Position numbers and translations under genes: made by a program. A stretch of DNA of 64,000 bases from an uncultured Acetobacteraceae bacterium (GTDB taxonomy: Bacteria; Pseudomonadota; Alphaproteobacteria; Acetobacterales; Acetobacteraceae): positions 14,126-78,125 of the forward strand of contig CAXTBC010000005.1 in assembly GCA_964242595.1 (NCBI GenBank). Reading direction: 5' to 3'. Each line of letters opens with the position of its first letter. Position 1 is the first letter of the stretch. Below are positions 1 to 9,006 of this stretch, one piece after another. The notes below the pieces were generated by a model that did not search any database, was not told the DNA's origin, and was given only the letters and a program-made list of their open reading frames with translations.

Positions 1-1
1 C

Positions 2-112
2 GAGGCCGCCGACAGCGCGCTCTACGAGGCCAAGATCTCCGGCCGCAACCGCGTCTGCGTCGCTACCGCCCCGGCAAGCCAGCCGGACACCGCCCAGGCG
101 CTGGCGGAGTAG
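2..112 (+). CDS. Diguanylate cyclase (GGDEF domain), C-terminal fragment, 5'-truncated by window edge
   Basis: Frame from nt 2 reads EAADSALYEAKISGRNRVCV..., the AD-ALY-AK-GRN C-terminal motif of GGDEF domains; TAG at 110-112. Confidence 0.85.
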   Translation, partial: EAADSALYEAKISGRNRVCVATAPASQPDTAQALAE

Positions 113-256
113 GCGCGGGCCGCTGCCTGAACCTCCGGCCGGCTGGCGCGATTGTGCCTTCGGACAACAGGCGGGCTTGGATGAGCTTCGAAGTAAGGCC
201 AAGGGCTCTGCCGCGGGGCGCCCGTATTGCGTCGAGACTGACCGTTGCGCAGGACG

Positions 257-406
257 CAAGAACTTCTTTTTTGAAAAAAAGAAGCAAAAAACTTTTGTCC
301 CTGCGCTGTGCCGACAACCTCGATTCTTCCTGCAGCACCCGGCTGTCTCAGATGCGGGAAACAAAAGTTTTTTGGTCCTTTTCTTCAAAAAAGGACCGCT
401 TGCTTT
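257..406. repeat. Family A palindromic repeat, full (two inverted hairpin halves)
   Basis: CTTCTTTTTTGAAAAAAAGAAG-CAAAAAACTTTT ... AAAAGTTTTTT-GGTCCTTTTCTTCAAAAAAGGACC. Confidence 0.9.
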
Positions 407-485
407 GCATGGGTCAGCCCCGACGCAACCTTGAGCCCCAAGGCCTCAGTCAGACTTGGGACAGAACACCCCCTTGGCCAAGCGC

Positions 486-1901
486 ATGACCGCCCCCCAA
501 CCGTCCACCCGCCACGCCGAACTCGGCCCCGAGTTCTATGACTTGGTCAGCCCCGCATCCTTCCCGCGCCATGTCCTTCGCTACCGCAACCAGGCCTGGG
601 CGGCGCGCGTGGGCCTGGACGGGCTGGACGAGGCCGCGTGGCTGAACCTTTTCGGCCGCTTCGACCCGCTGCCCGGCAGCTTCCCGCAGCCGCTCGCCCT
701 GCGCTACCACGGCCACCAGTTCCGCTCCTACAACCCCGAGTTGGGGGACGGTCGTGGCTTCCTCTTCGCCCAGCTGCATGACCTGCAGGACGGCCGGCTG
801 CTGGATCTCGGCACCAAGGGGTCCGGCACCACGCCCTGGTCGCGCTCGGCCGATGGCCGTCTGACGCTGAAGGGCGGCGTGCGTGAGGTGCTGGCCACCG
901 CCATGCTCGAAGCCCTCGGCGTCTACACCTCCAAGTCGTTCAGCCTGGTCGAGACCGGCGAAGACTTGGTGCGCGGCGACGAGCCTTCGCCGACGCGTAG
1001 CGCCGTGCTCGTCCGCCTCAGCCACACCCACATCAGGATCGGCACGTTCCAGCGCCTGGCCTACCTGCAGGACTTGGCCTCGCTACGCCGCCTCGTGGAC
1101 CACGCCATCGCCGTGGCCATCCCGGAAGCCCGCCGGGACGACCCCGCCGAACAGACCGCCGCGTTCCTGGGTGCCGTCTGCGCCCGCACGGCGCGGCTGG
1201 GTGCGGAGTGGATGGTCGCCGGCTTCGTGCACGGCGTGCTTAACACGGACAACATCAACATCACCGGGGAAAGTTTCGACTACGGCCCGTGGCGCTTCGT
1301 GCCCACCTACGACCCTGGCTTCACGGCCGCCTATTTCGACCACGCCGGCCTGTACGCCTACGGTCGCCAGCCGGACACGCTTCTGTGGAACCTGGTGCGC
1401 CTGGCCGAGAGCCTGCTCGCCTTGACCCCACAAGCAGCGCTGGAGCAGGAACTGGCCACCTTCGTGCCGGCCTTCCGAACGGCGCTTGCCGCCGGCGTGC
1501 TGCGCCGCCTCGGCCTGGCTGCCCGCCTGCCGGAGCAGGACGCTGCCGTGTCGGAGGCGTTCTGGGCCTTCCTCGCCGAAAGCCAGGTGGGCTTCGAGCA
1601 GGCCTTCTTCGACTGGTTTGGCGGCCTGGCCAGTCAGCACCGCGCGCGTTCCGGCCCCGCCGCCGCGTCCTACGCCGGGCCGGCGTTCGAGGCCTTTTTG
1701 CAGGAGTTGCAGGGTTGCGAGGTGGCCGATTCCGCTCGCCCGGACCGCCCGTATTTCAAACGGCCAACGCCCTGCACCATGCTGATCGAGGAGGTGGAGC
1801 GCATCTGGGCGCCGATCGCCGCGGAGGACGACTGGTCGGTGTTCCACGCGAAGATGGCGGCCATCGCCGAGATGGCGGAGGCTTACCGGGGCGGCTTCTA
1901 A
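486..1901 (+). CDS. selO: Protein adenylyltransferase SelO/YdiU family
   Basis: Motifs GHQF...LGDGRG, KGSG.TPWSR.ADGRL, HGVLNTDN, FDYGP; start at ATG 486 chosen. Confidence 0.92.
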   Translation: MTAPQPSTRHAELGPEFYDLVSPASFPRHVLRYRNQAWAARVGLDGLDEAAWLNLFGRFDPLPGSFPQPLALRYHGHQFRSYNPELGDGRGFLFAQLHDLQDGRLLDLGTKGSGTTPWSRSADGRLTLKGGVREVLATAMLEALGVYTSKSFSLVETGEDLVRGDEPSPTRSAVLVRLSHTHIRIGTFQRLAYLQDLASLRRLVDHAIAVAIPEARRDDPAEQTAAFLGAVCARTARLGAEWMVAGFVHGVLNTDNINITGESFDYGPWRFVPTYDPGFTAAYFDHAGLYAYGRQPDTLLWNLVRLAESLLALTPQAALEQELATFVPAFRTALAAGVLRRLGLAARLPEQDAAVSEAFWAFLAESQVGFEQAFFDWFGGLASQHRARSGPAAASYAGPAFEAFLQELQGCEVADSARPDRPYFKRPTPCTMLIEEVERIWAPIAAEDDWSVFHAKMAAIAEMAEAYRGGF

Positions 1902-1904
1902 CGC

Positions 1905-2135
1905 CAGCATGCGGCTTTGCCCGAACCCCGCCTTGCGCAGCACGCATTTGCGTGACGGGCCTCGAGGCCCAGACTCCCGTTCATTGGTGGTGTCGTACCA
2001 GGTCCGGGGAATATATCTTCGATGCCCGCTCGAAATTGCCTCGGCTAAACAGATGGGGGTGCGGAGCCTGGACGCCTGTGACGCGAATGCGTGCTGCGCA
2101 CGACCGTGTTTGGGGCAGAGCCCCATGTTTGCCTT
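1905..2135. repeat. Family B palindromic repeat, extended (two inverted type-1 halves around a unique spacer)
   Basis: Degenerate GCATGCGGCTTTGCCCGAACCCCG...GGGCCTCGAGGCCC on the left; inverse ...TTTGGGGCAGAGCCCCATGTTTGCCTTAAG on the right; both halves carry an extra GCGCAGCACGCATT(T/C)GCGT insert. Confidence 0.8.
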
Positions 2136-2303
2136 AAGCTCAAGCCGCAACAAATCCTTCAGCCACTGGCAGCTTGCGCCCGAACTCCCGCCGCAGCAGC
2201 AGCAACCTCAGCGTCGCCTGACCGATAGAGCCGCGTGTGAGGTCGGTCATGTGAAACTCCGCCACTTTGCGCGCATCAAAGGACAGAACCGCGACAGCAC
2301 AGA

Positions 2304-2345
2304 CAAAAGCTTTTTGCTTCTTTTTCTCGAAAGAAGGCCTTCCTT
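2304..2345. repeat. Family A repeat, half copy
   Basis: AAAAGCTTTTTGCTTCTTTTTCTCGAAAGAAGGCCTTCCTT. Confidence 0.85.
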
Positions 2346-2353
2346 ATTGCCTC

Positions 2354-3616
2354 CTAATACTCCAAAGGCGGCGCAAAATCCGGCAACGCCCGCAAGATGC
2401 CTGCAATCGTGTCGGCATGCGCCGGCACCTGGTTGGCCGCACCCCGCAACGTCTCCGCGGTCGCCAGCCGCGCCTCGTTGCTCGTGCTGATCGCGTCCAC
2501 CCCGGCCCGCAGCACCGCAAAACCCGCATGCGCCTCGCCCAGCAGCGCCAGCACCTGGCCGACCTCCTCGCCTTGCTGAGACACGGCGTAGGCCAGCGCC
2601 TCGCCAAGCTCCTGCTGGCTGGCCAGCAGCGCGGACAAATCGGCCACGCGCCGTCCGGCCGCGGTGGTCTCGGTACGCAGCCCGGCCATGGCGTCCGCCA
2701 TCACGCACAGCGCCGCGTCGGCAGCGCCCGCCATCTCCGCCAATTGCACCGCCAGCGCGGCCTGCCCTTGCGGACCCGCCGCCTCAGCCGCCATGCCGCA
2801 CAGCGCCGCCTTACGCAGCGCGCGCCCTACGTGGTCGCAAACGTCGCCGAAAGCCCGCGCCCGCCCGTCCATTGCGGCCACCGCCTGCTGGGCGCCGAGC
2901 GCCGCGTCGGCCGAGCCGGCAGCGATCTCGCTCATCTGGCCTACCTGGGCGGTCACCAGCCGGACTGAGGCCGCAAGCTCGACCGCCTGGTCCGCCAGCG
3001 CGCCCATCGAACCCTCCGCCTGGCCAGCACCAATGCGGGCATCTGCGGTATCGGCCGCGAGCCGTGCCGAGGCGGCCATCAGCCCCGAAGCGGCGTCCGC
3101 CATCAGCGCACCGTCCCGCCGCAGGTTCAGCGCCAGGTTCCGCACGCCGTCCCGGCCGGCCTGCAGGGCTGCGTTGGCGGCCTCCGTCTGGCTGCGGCTG
3201 CGCGCCTGGGCGTGCTGCAGGCGGCGCAGCCGGCCCACCACGCCGCCGATCAGGCTGGCCAGGCTGCCGGCCCCGTTTTCCCAGCCGGCCCCCGGCACGC
3301 CAACGCCGTCGGCGTTACTGTGAACCAGGGCCAGCATGCGGTCGGACAGCCGGCGCCCGGAGGCGCGCTGCGCCTGGCCGAGATAGCCGGCCAGCCACAG
3401 GCCCAGCAGGCTCGGCACCAGCAGCGCAGCCGACGACAGCTTCAGCACCCATGGCCAGTCCCCTGCCTGGCCCAAGCTCGAAGCGGCCAGCCCCGCGCAC
3501 ACGGCGGCCAGCATCGCGAGTGCCGCGAACGCGCGTTCCACCACGCCTGCGCTGTCCTGCTGCCAGCCTTCATCCTGGGCCGAGCCGACAAACGCAGCTT
3601 GTACGGGCGGGAACAT
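2354..3616 (-). CDS. Degenerate methyl-accepting chemotaxis protein-like coiled-coil membrane protein
   Basis: Two N-terminal hydrophobic helices, Ala-rich heptads, MCP-like C-terminal blocks (ELAASV..VTAQV, AVSQQGEEV); canonical hairpin-tip motif not recognisable. Confidence 0.6.
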   Translation of the reverse strand: MFPPVQAAFVGSAQDEGWQQDSAGVVERAFAALAMLAAVCAGLAASSLGQAGDWPWVLKLSSAALLVPSLLGLWLAGYLGQAQRASGRRLSDRMLALVHSNADGVGVPGAGWENGAGSLASLIGGVVGRLRRLQHAQARSRSQTEAANAALQAGRDGVRNLALNLRRDGALMADAASGLMAASARLAADTADARIGAGQAEGSMGALADQAVELAASVRLVTAQVGQMSEIAAGSADAALGAQQAVAAMDGRARAFGDVCDHVGRALRKAALCGMAAEAAGPQGQAALAVQLAEMAGAADAALCVMADAMAGLRTETTAAGRRVADLSALLASQQELGEALAYAVSQQGEEVGQVLALLGEAHAGFAVLRAGVDAISTSNEARLATAETLRGAANQVPAHADTIAGILRALPDFAPPLEY

Positions 3617-3744
3617 GGGGCCTCCTCCATCTCGATCACTAGAACGTTACGCCCCCGATGTTAACAGTCCGTGACTCTCCCGAGCTGCGCATTGGTTCCG
3701 GCCGTTGGGTTGCCCTGCCTTGGCCAAACCCTCACACTGCGCGT

Positions 3745-4533
3745 ATGTGGAAGCCCTTGATCCTGACCGCCCTTCTGGCGCCCGTCCCCGCCTGCGCCGG
3801 CGGGCTGGGCACGCCCCACGGCAGCTACGCCGTGGAGTATACCGGCTACTCGCACGGCTTTGTCGTGCTCAAGCTGGCCGGAACCGTCAGCCTCTCTCCC
3901 ACCGGCTACACCGCGCACGTCACCTTCCACACCGCCGGCATGGCCGGTTGGGTGGTGCATCTCGACAACGACAGCAAGGTGACCGGCACCTTCCAGGCCG
4001 GCCAGGCCTCGCCCACTTTGTTCGAGGGCGCCGGCCACCTGCGCGGCACGCAACGCCTCACCCGCATCGCCTACCAGGCCGGCAACCCCGTCATCGAGGC
4101 GCTGACCCCGCCGGTAGAGCGCGAACGCACCCCCGTGCCCCCCGCCCAGACCACCCACACGATCGACACGCTGAGCGCCGTGGCCGCGCTGATCCGCCAG
4201 GTCGGCACGGACGGGCGATGCGAGGGCAGCGTCACCACCTTCGACGGACGGCGGCTGGCCATCCAGTCCGTGCACACTACGGGCAACGACGTGCTGCCCC
4301 AGACCGGCCGCTCCGTCTTCCACGGCCAGGCGCTGCGCTGCGACTTCGACGGCCGTCAGCTCGGCGGCTTTGTGACAGACGAGAACGAGGACGACCTGCG
4401 CAAGCCGCGCCACGGCACCGCTTGGTTGGCGGCCATGCTGCCTGGCGCGCCGCCGGTGCCGGTGCGGGTGGGTTTCGAGAACAAGCTGCTGGGGCAGGTG
4501 ACGCTTTACCTGACTTCGGCGAGCGTTCAGTAG
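3745..4533 (+). CDS. DUF3108-family exported protein
   Basis: Signal peptide MWKPLILTALLAPVPACA; IDTLSA and FDGRR motifs; beta-rich. Confidence 0.7.
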   Translation: MWKPLILTALLAPVPACAGGLGTPHGSYAVEYTGYSHGFVVLKLAGTVSLSPTGYTAHVTFHTAGMAGWVVHLDNDSKVTGTFQAGQASPTLFEGAGHLRGTQRLTRIAYQAGNPVIEALTPPVERERTPVPPAQTTHTIDTLSAVAALIRQVGTDGRCEGSVTTFDGRRLAIQSVHTTGNDVLPQTGRSVFHGQALRCDFDGRQLGGFVTDENEDDLRKPRHGTAWLAAMLPGAPPVPVRVGFENKLLGQVTLYLTSASVQ

Positions 4534-4539
4534 GCAGGC

Positions 4540-4596
4540 AGGAAGGAAGGCCTTCTTTTCTGAAGAAAAGAAGCAAAAGACTTTTGACTCCGCTGT
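4540..4596. repeat. Family A repeat, half copy
   Basis: AGGAAGGAAGGCCTTCTTTTCTGAAGAAAAGAAGCAAAAGACTTTTGACTCCGCTGT just after the DUF3108 stop. Confidence 0.9.
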
Positions 4597-4634
4597 TGCC
4601 GTCATTTGCGGCAGGCTTCTCGTAGGAGACTCTC

Positions 4635-6107
4635 ATGCTTGATCCCGCTTCGCCGCTGAAGCTTGCCGATCCTGAGCTGTTGCGGCAGGCCAACCTGATC
4701 GGCGGCGCCTGGGTTCAGGCCGACAGCGGCCGCACGATCGCCGTGCGCAACCCCGCCACCGGCGTGCTGGTGGGCGAGGTGCCCAGCATGGGCGAGGCCG
4801 AGACGCGCCGCGCCATCGCGGCGGCCTATGGGGCGCAGAAGGCCTGGCGCAAGCTGACCGCCAAGGAACGCCAGAAGCCGCTGCGCCGCCTGTTCGACCT
4901 GATGATGGAGAACCAGGAAGACCTGGCCGTCATCATGACCGCCGAGCAGGGCAAGCCGCTGGCCGAGAGCCGCAGCGAGATCGCCTACGCCGCCAGCTTC
5001 ATCGAATTCTTCGCCGAGGAGGCCAAGCGCGTCTACGGCGACACCATCCCGCAGCATTTGCCGGGCCGCCGCATCATCGTGCAGAAGGAGCCGATCGGCG
5101 TGTTCGCGGCCATCACGCCGTGGAACTTCCCCGCTGCCATGATCACCCGCAAGGCCGGCCCGGGCTGGGCGGCCGGCTGCGCCGGCGTTATCCGCCCGGC
5201 CACCCAGACCCCGTTCTCCGCCCTGGCTTTGGGTGTGCTGGCCGAGCGGGCAGGGCTGCCCCCGGGCATCTGCAACATCCTTACCGGGCCGGCCACCGCC
5301 ATTGGGGCGGAGATGACGTCCAACCCGCTGGTGCGCAAGCTCACCTTCACCGGCAGCACCGCGGTCGGCGCCAAGCTGCTCGCGCAGTGCGCGCCCACCA
5401 TCAAGAAGACCAGCATGGAGCTGGGCGGCAACGCCCCCTTCATCGTGTTCGACGACGCGGACCTCGACGAAGCGGTCAAGGGCGCCATCGCCAGCAAGTA
5501 CCGCAACACCGGGCAGACCTGCGTCTGCGCCAACCGCCTGCTGGTGCAGGACGGCATCTACGACGCCTTCGTGGCCAAGCTGACCACCGCGGTGCAGGCG
5601 CTGCGCGTGGGTAACGGCATGGAAGACGGCATCACCCAGGGCCCGCTGATCAACGCCGACGCCCTGCGGAAGGTGGAGGACCACGTGGCCGACGCGGTGC
5701 AGCGCGGCGCCCGCATCGTCACCGGCGGCCGGCGCCACGCGCTCGGCGGCAACTTCTACGAACCCACCATCCTGGCCGACGTGCCCCGCACCGCCGACAT
5801 CTTCCGCGACGAGACCTTCGGCCCCGTGGCGCCGCTGTTCCGCTTCGGCACCGAAGACGAAGCCGTGGAGATGGCCAACGACACCGAGTTCGGCCTGGCC
5901 GCCTACTTTTACACCCGCGACGTCGGCCGCGTGTTCCGCGTCGCCGAAGGTATCGAAGCGGGGATTATCGGCATCAACGAAGGCATCATCTCCACCGAGG
6001 TGGCGCCGTTCGGCGGCGTGAAATCTTCCGGGCTGGGGCGCGAAGGTTCGAAATACGGGATCGAGGATTACCTGGAGATCAAGTATCTGGCGCTGGGGGG
6101 AATATAG
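4635..6107 (+). CDS. gabD: NAD(P)-dependent succinate-semialdehyde dehydrogenase
   Basis: ITPWNFPAAMITRK, FTGST, ELGGNAPF, GQTCVCAN, ETFGP, PFGGVKSSGLGREGS. Confidence 0.93.
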   Translation: MLDPASPLKLADPELLRQANLIGGAWVQADSGRTIAVRNPATGVLVGEVPSMGEAETRRAIAAAYGAQKAWRKLTAKERQKPLRRLFDLMMENQEDLAVIMTAEQGKPLAESRSEIAYAASFIEFFAEEAKRVYGDTIPQHLPGRRIIVQKEPIGVFAAITPWNFPAAMITRKAGPGWAAGCAGVIRPATQTPFSALALGVLAERAGLPPGICNILTGPATAIGAEMTSNPLVRKLTFTGSTAVGAKLLAQCAPTIKKTSMELGGNAPFIVFDDADLDEAVKGAIASKYRNTGQTCVCANRLLVQDGIYDAFVAKLTTAVQALRVGNGMEDGITQGPLINADALRKVEDHVADAVQRGARIVTGGRRHALGGNFYEPTILADVPRTADIFRDETFGPVAPLFRFGTEDEAVEMANDTEFGLAAYFYTRDVGRVFRVAEGIEAGIIGINEGIISTEVAPFGGVKSSGLGREGSKYGIEDYLEIKYLALGGI

Positions 6108-6413
6108 AAGAAAGCAGAGCGGTTCGATTCAGAAAGATTGCCGCGCAATAAAGACTAGCCCAAGACGATTTGGCCGATCTCGCCACACGACCGAAATACA
6201 TCAGCTCGCCGACGTCTTCCGATACCGAGACAGTAGCGACGCGGGCCGTCCCCGACCTTGGTCGATAACGTCAGCACTGCAGAAGCTGCTCTTCGGATAA
6301 TTCTTAGTCGACAACGTTTTCTGCCGTCGGAAGGGACCGGCCAAGGCCGTAATTCGCTGCAAAGTCCCTCATCCGATGTCGCCTGTCCTGCGGCCTCGAC
6401 GCGCCTGAAAATG

Positions 6414-7313
6414 TCAGCCTCGTGATCCCGCCGCAGCCACGATCCGTTTCGCCGCTAGCCAATCCCCCACTGCCGCGTTCACCCGAGCCGGTGCTTCCTG
6501 CTGCACCCAATGCGACACCCCGGGCAGGCGGCGCAGGGTGAAGTCGGCCACGTGCGGCGCGTAGCCCTCCGTCAGCTCCAGCCCCAACGCCGTATCCTGC
6601 TCGCCCCACACCATCAGCGTGGGCACCTCCACGCGGGGCGCGGGCGCAGGCGTGCGCGTAGCCAGCCTGCGCAGGTTGGCGCGATAGTAGTTGAGCATGG
6701 CCGTGAGCGCGCCAGGCGCGCTGGCCGCCGAGCGGTAATGCGCCAGCACCTCCGGCGGGAAAGCCGCCTTGTCCACCGCCATGTCGGCGAACGCCTGGCC
6801 CACTGCACGGGCGCCCCGTGCGCCCAGCAGCAGTTCCGGCAGCACGGGCAGCTGGAAGAAGCCCACGTACCACGACCGTGCCATTTGGCGCGGCGAGCTG
6901 CGGATTACCCGCCGGAAGACGTCCGGGTGCGGCACGTTCATCACGATCAGCCCGTCGATGGGGCGCGTGCGCTCGATGGCGAACTGCCAGGCGATCAGCG
7001 CGCCCCAGTCATGGGCCACCAGCAACCGGCGGCGGGCGCCGAGCGCGTCGAACAGGGCGGCGGTGTCGGCTACCAGCTGCTCCATGCGGTAGGCGGCTTG
7101 GCCCGTCGGCCGCGTAGTGCCGCCATAGCCCCGCAGGTCGGGCGCCACGGCGTGCCAGCCCAGCCCAGCCAGGAACGGCAACTGGTGGCGCCAGGAATAG
7201 CGGTTCTCCGGGAAGCCGTGCAGGCACAGCGCCACGTCCGGGCCGTCGCCGGCTTCGTCGATGGCGAAATTCAGCGTGGCGGTGGGCAGCACGCGGCTGG
7301 CGATGTCGCTCAC
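6414..7313 (-). CDS. Alpha/beta hydrolase, epoxide-hydrolase-like
   Basis: HGFPEN, APDLRGYG, nucleophile AHDWG, SHW; GTG start at 7313 overlaps the upstream TGA (GTGA). Confidence 0.88.
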   Translation of the reverse strand: MSDIASRVLPTATLNFAIDEAGDGPDVALCLHGFPENRYSWRHQLPFLAGLGWHAVAPDLRGYGGTTRPTGQAAYRMEQLVADTAALFDALGARRRLLVAHDWGALIAWQFAIERTRPIDGLIVMNVPHPDVFRRVIRSSPRQMARSWYVGFFQLPVLPELLLGARGARAVGQAFADMAVDKAAFPPEVLAHYRSAASAPGALTAMLNYYRANLRRLATRTPAPAPRVEVPTLMVWGEQDTALGLELTEGYAPHVADFTLRRLPGVSHWVQQEAPARVNAAVGDWLAAKRIVAAAGSRG

Positions 7314-7831
7314 GCAGGGCGCCATGCGGTCAGCCCCAGGCACAGCGCGCCCACGATCATGCTTGCCCACACTGCCCCGGGCAGCGCCAGGCGGAGATGC
7401 AGGGCCACCCGCACCGACGGCGACGCGCCGGCTGCCGCTGCGGTGCGCCACAGCCCTGCCGGCAGCGCCGACCATGCGCTGCGCAGTGCCAGCACCGCCA
7501 CCGGCAGCACAAGGATGGTGTCGCGCGCCACCTCGCCCGTGGCGCCACGCGGCACAGGCAGCAACGGCCAGGCGGCGACGCACGCGGCGGCTGCCAGCCA
7601 AGGCACCAGCCAGGCACCCCGCGTGCCGGTGGCCGCCGGTGCCGCGGCCGGAATTAGCGCGGCCAGGGTGGCGCAGGCTGCCACCGGCAACGCGTGCCCA
7701 GCCCAGCCCACCGCACCGGCCACGCGCCATGCGGGCGAGCTGACCCCGATGGCCGCAAGCAGCGCGCCGCACAGCAGCACCGCCGGCAGGCAGGCCCACA
7801 TCCGCAGCATGCCGAACCGTGGGCCCGCCAC
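7310..7831 (-). CDS. Short/degenerate ABC permease-like membrane protein
   Basis: Hydrophobic 173 aa; EAA-like loop LWRTAAAAGASP; follows a solute-binding protein gene. Confidence 0.55.
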   Translation of the reverse strand: MAGPRFGMLRMWACLPAVLLCGALLAAIGVSSPAWRVAGAVGWAGHALPVAACATLAALIPAAAPAATGTRGAWLVPWLAAAACVAAWPLLPVPRGATGEVARDTILVLPVAVLALRSAWSALPAGLWRTAAAAGASPSVRVALHLRLALPGAVWASMIVGALCLGLTAWRPA

Positions 7832-7832
7832 G

Positions 7833-8846
7833 CTACTTGCCGGCCCAGGCGGCGAAGCGGGCCTCCAGCTTGCCGGCGTTGTCCGCCCAGAACCCCTCGT
7901 CCACCATCAGCGCGCCCTGCTGGTTGGCCGGAGTTGCGGGGTTCTGCGCGCGCAGCTCGGCCGGCAGCAGGGCCAGGCCGGCCTTGGTGACCGGCCCTAG
8001 CCCAGTGGCGCGGGCGAACTGGGCCACCCGCGCCGGGTCAGTCGCCACCATCAACGCCGCAGCAGCACTCCGGTCGTGCGGCGCGCCCGCTGGCCGCGCC
8101 CAGCTTGCCACCTCCTCCAGGCTGCCGTCCCACTGGGTGCCCGGATGTGGCTTGCCTGGCGTGGACAGCCCTGCTGCAGGTGCCGACGTGAACAGCACCT
8201 TCGCTCCGGCCAGGAGCTGCGCCGGCTGACCGGGCTGGTCCCACCACAAAACATACGGCTTCAGCTGGTCCAGCTTACGGAAGGCCCGGTCCGCGCCGTC
8301 GTTGGAGCGCAGTGTGCGGTAGACGTCGTTGGGTGCCACGCCGTCCGCCATCAGCGCGAACTCCAGGTTGCCACGCGCGCCGCGCCGCAGGCCACGCCGC
8401 CCCGGGTGCTTGGCCACGTCCCAGAAATCCGACCAGCCGGGGGTGCCGGCCAGCTTGTCCCTGTCCCACGCCAGCACGGTGGCCTGCAGGTAGGCGCCGA
8501 CACCGCAATCGCTGGCCGCCGCGGGCACGAACCGGTCACGTCCAAGTGCTGCCCAATCCACCTTGTCCAGCAGCCCGGCCTTGCACGAATCGGCCAGCGT
8601 AGCGCCGTCCAGCAGCACCAGGTCTGCCGCGTGGACGGCGGCCAGCTTGTGCCAGGCATCCGCCGACCCGTCCCATGCGGCGTCACCCAGGGTGGTCTGC
8701 GTGGCGTCCGCGTAAGGCTTGAGCAGCAGGATTCGTGCTGCCTCCTTGGCCGGGCCGGGCGGGATGGCGGCGGTGAGCGCTTGCGGCAGGTCATCAGCGG
8801 GGGCGGCTGCGGCGAGGGCCAGGAGCAGCAGGGTTGGTGCGCGCAT
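7833..8846 (-). CDS. ABC extracellular solute-binding protein (polyamine PotD/PotF-like)
   Basis: Signal peptide; P.GWSDFWDVAKHPGRRGLR, NLEFALMADGV, DRAFRKLDQLKP motifs. Confidence 0.85.
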   Translation of the reverse strand: MRAPTLLLLALAAAAPADDLPQALTAAIPPGPAKEAARILLLKPYADATQTTLGDAAWDGSADAWHKLAAVHAADLVLLDGATLADSCKAGLLDKVDWAALGRDRFVPAAASDCGVGAYLQATVLAWDRDKLAGTPGWSDFWDVAKHPGRRGLRRGARGNLEFALMADGVAPNDVYRTLRSNDGADRAFRKLDQLKPYVLWWDQPGQPAQLLAGAKVLFTSAPAAGLSTPGKPHPGTQWDGSLEEVASWARPAGAPHDRSAAAALMVATDPARVAQFARATGLGPVTKAGLALLPAELRAQNPATPANQQGALMVDEGFWADNAGKLEARFAAWAGK

Positions 8847-8864
8847 CTGGGATTTGGCCCTACG

Positions 8865-8915
8865 AGGAAGGAAGGAAGGCCTTCTTTTTTGAAAAAAAGA
8901 AGCGAAAAACTTTTG
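8865..8915. repeat. Family A repeat, half copy
   Basis: AGGAAGGAAGGAAGGCCTTCTTTTTTGAAAAAAAGAAGCGAAAAACTTTTG. Confidence 0.9.
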
Positions 8916-9006
8916 AAATTCATATCCGACTGCACGTCTTGCGCGTGCGTCTGCAATAGGCGGCTGCGCCTGTGCTCTTCGTTCTTCGAACAGGTTTTGC
9001 CCGCCT

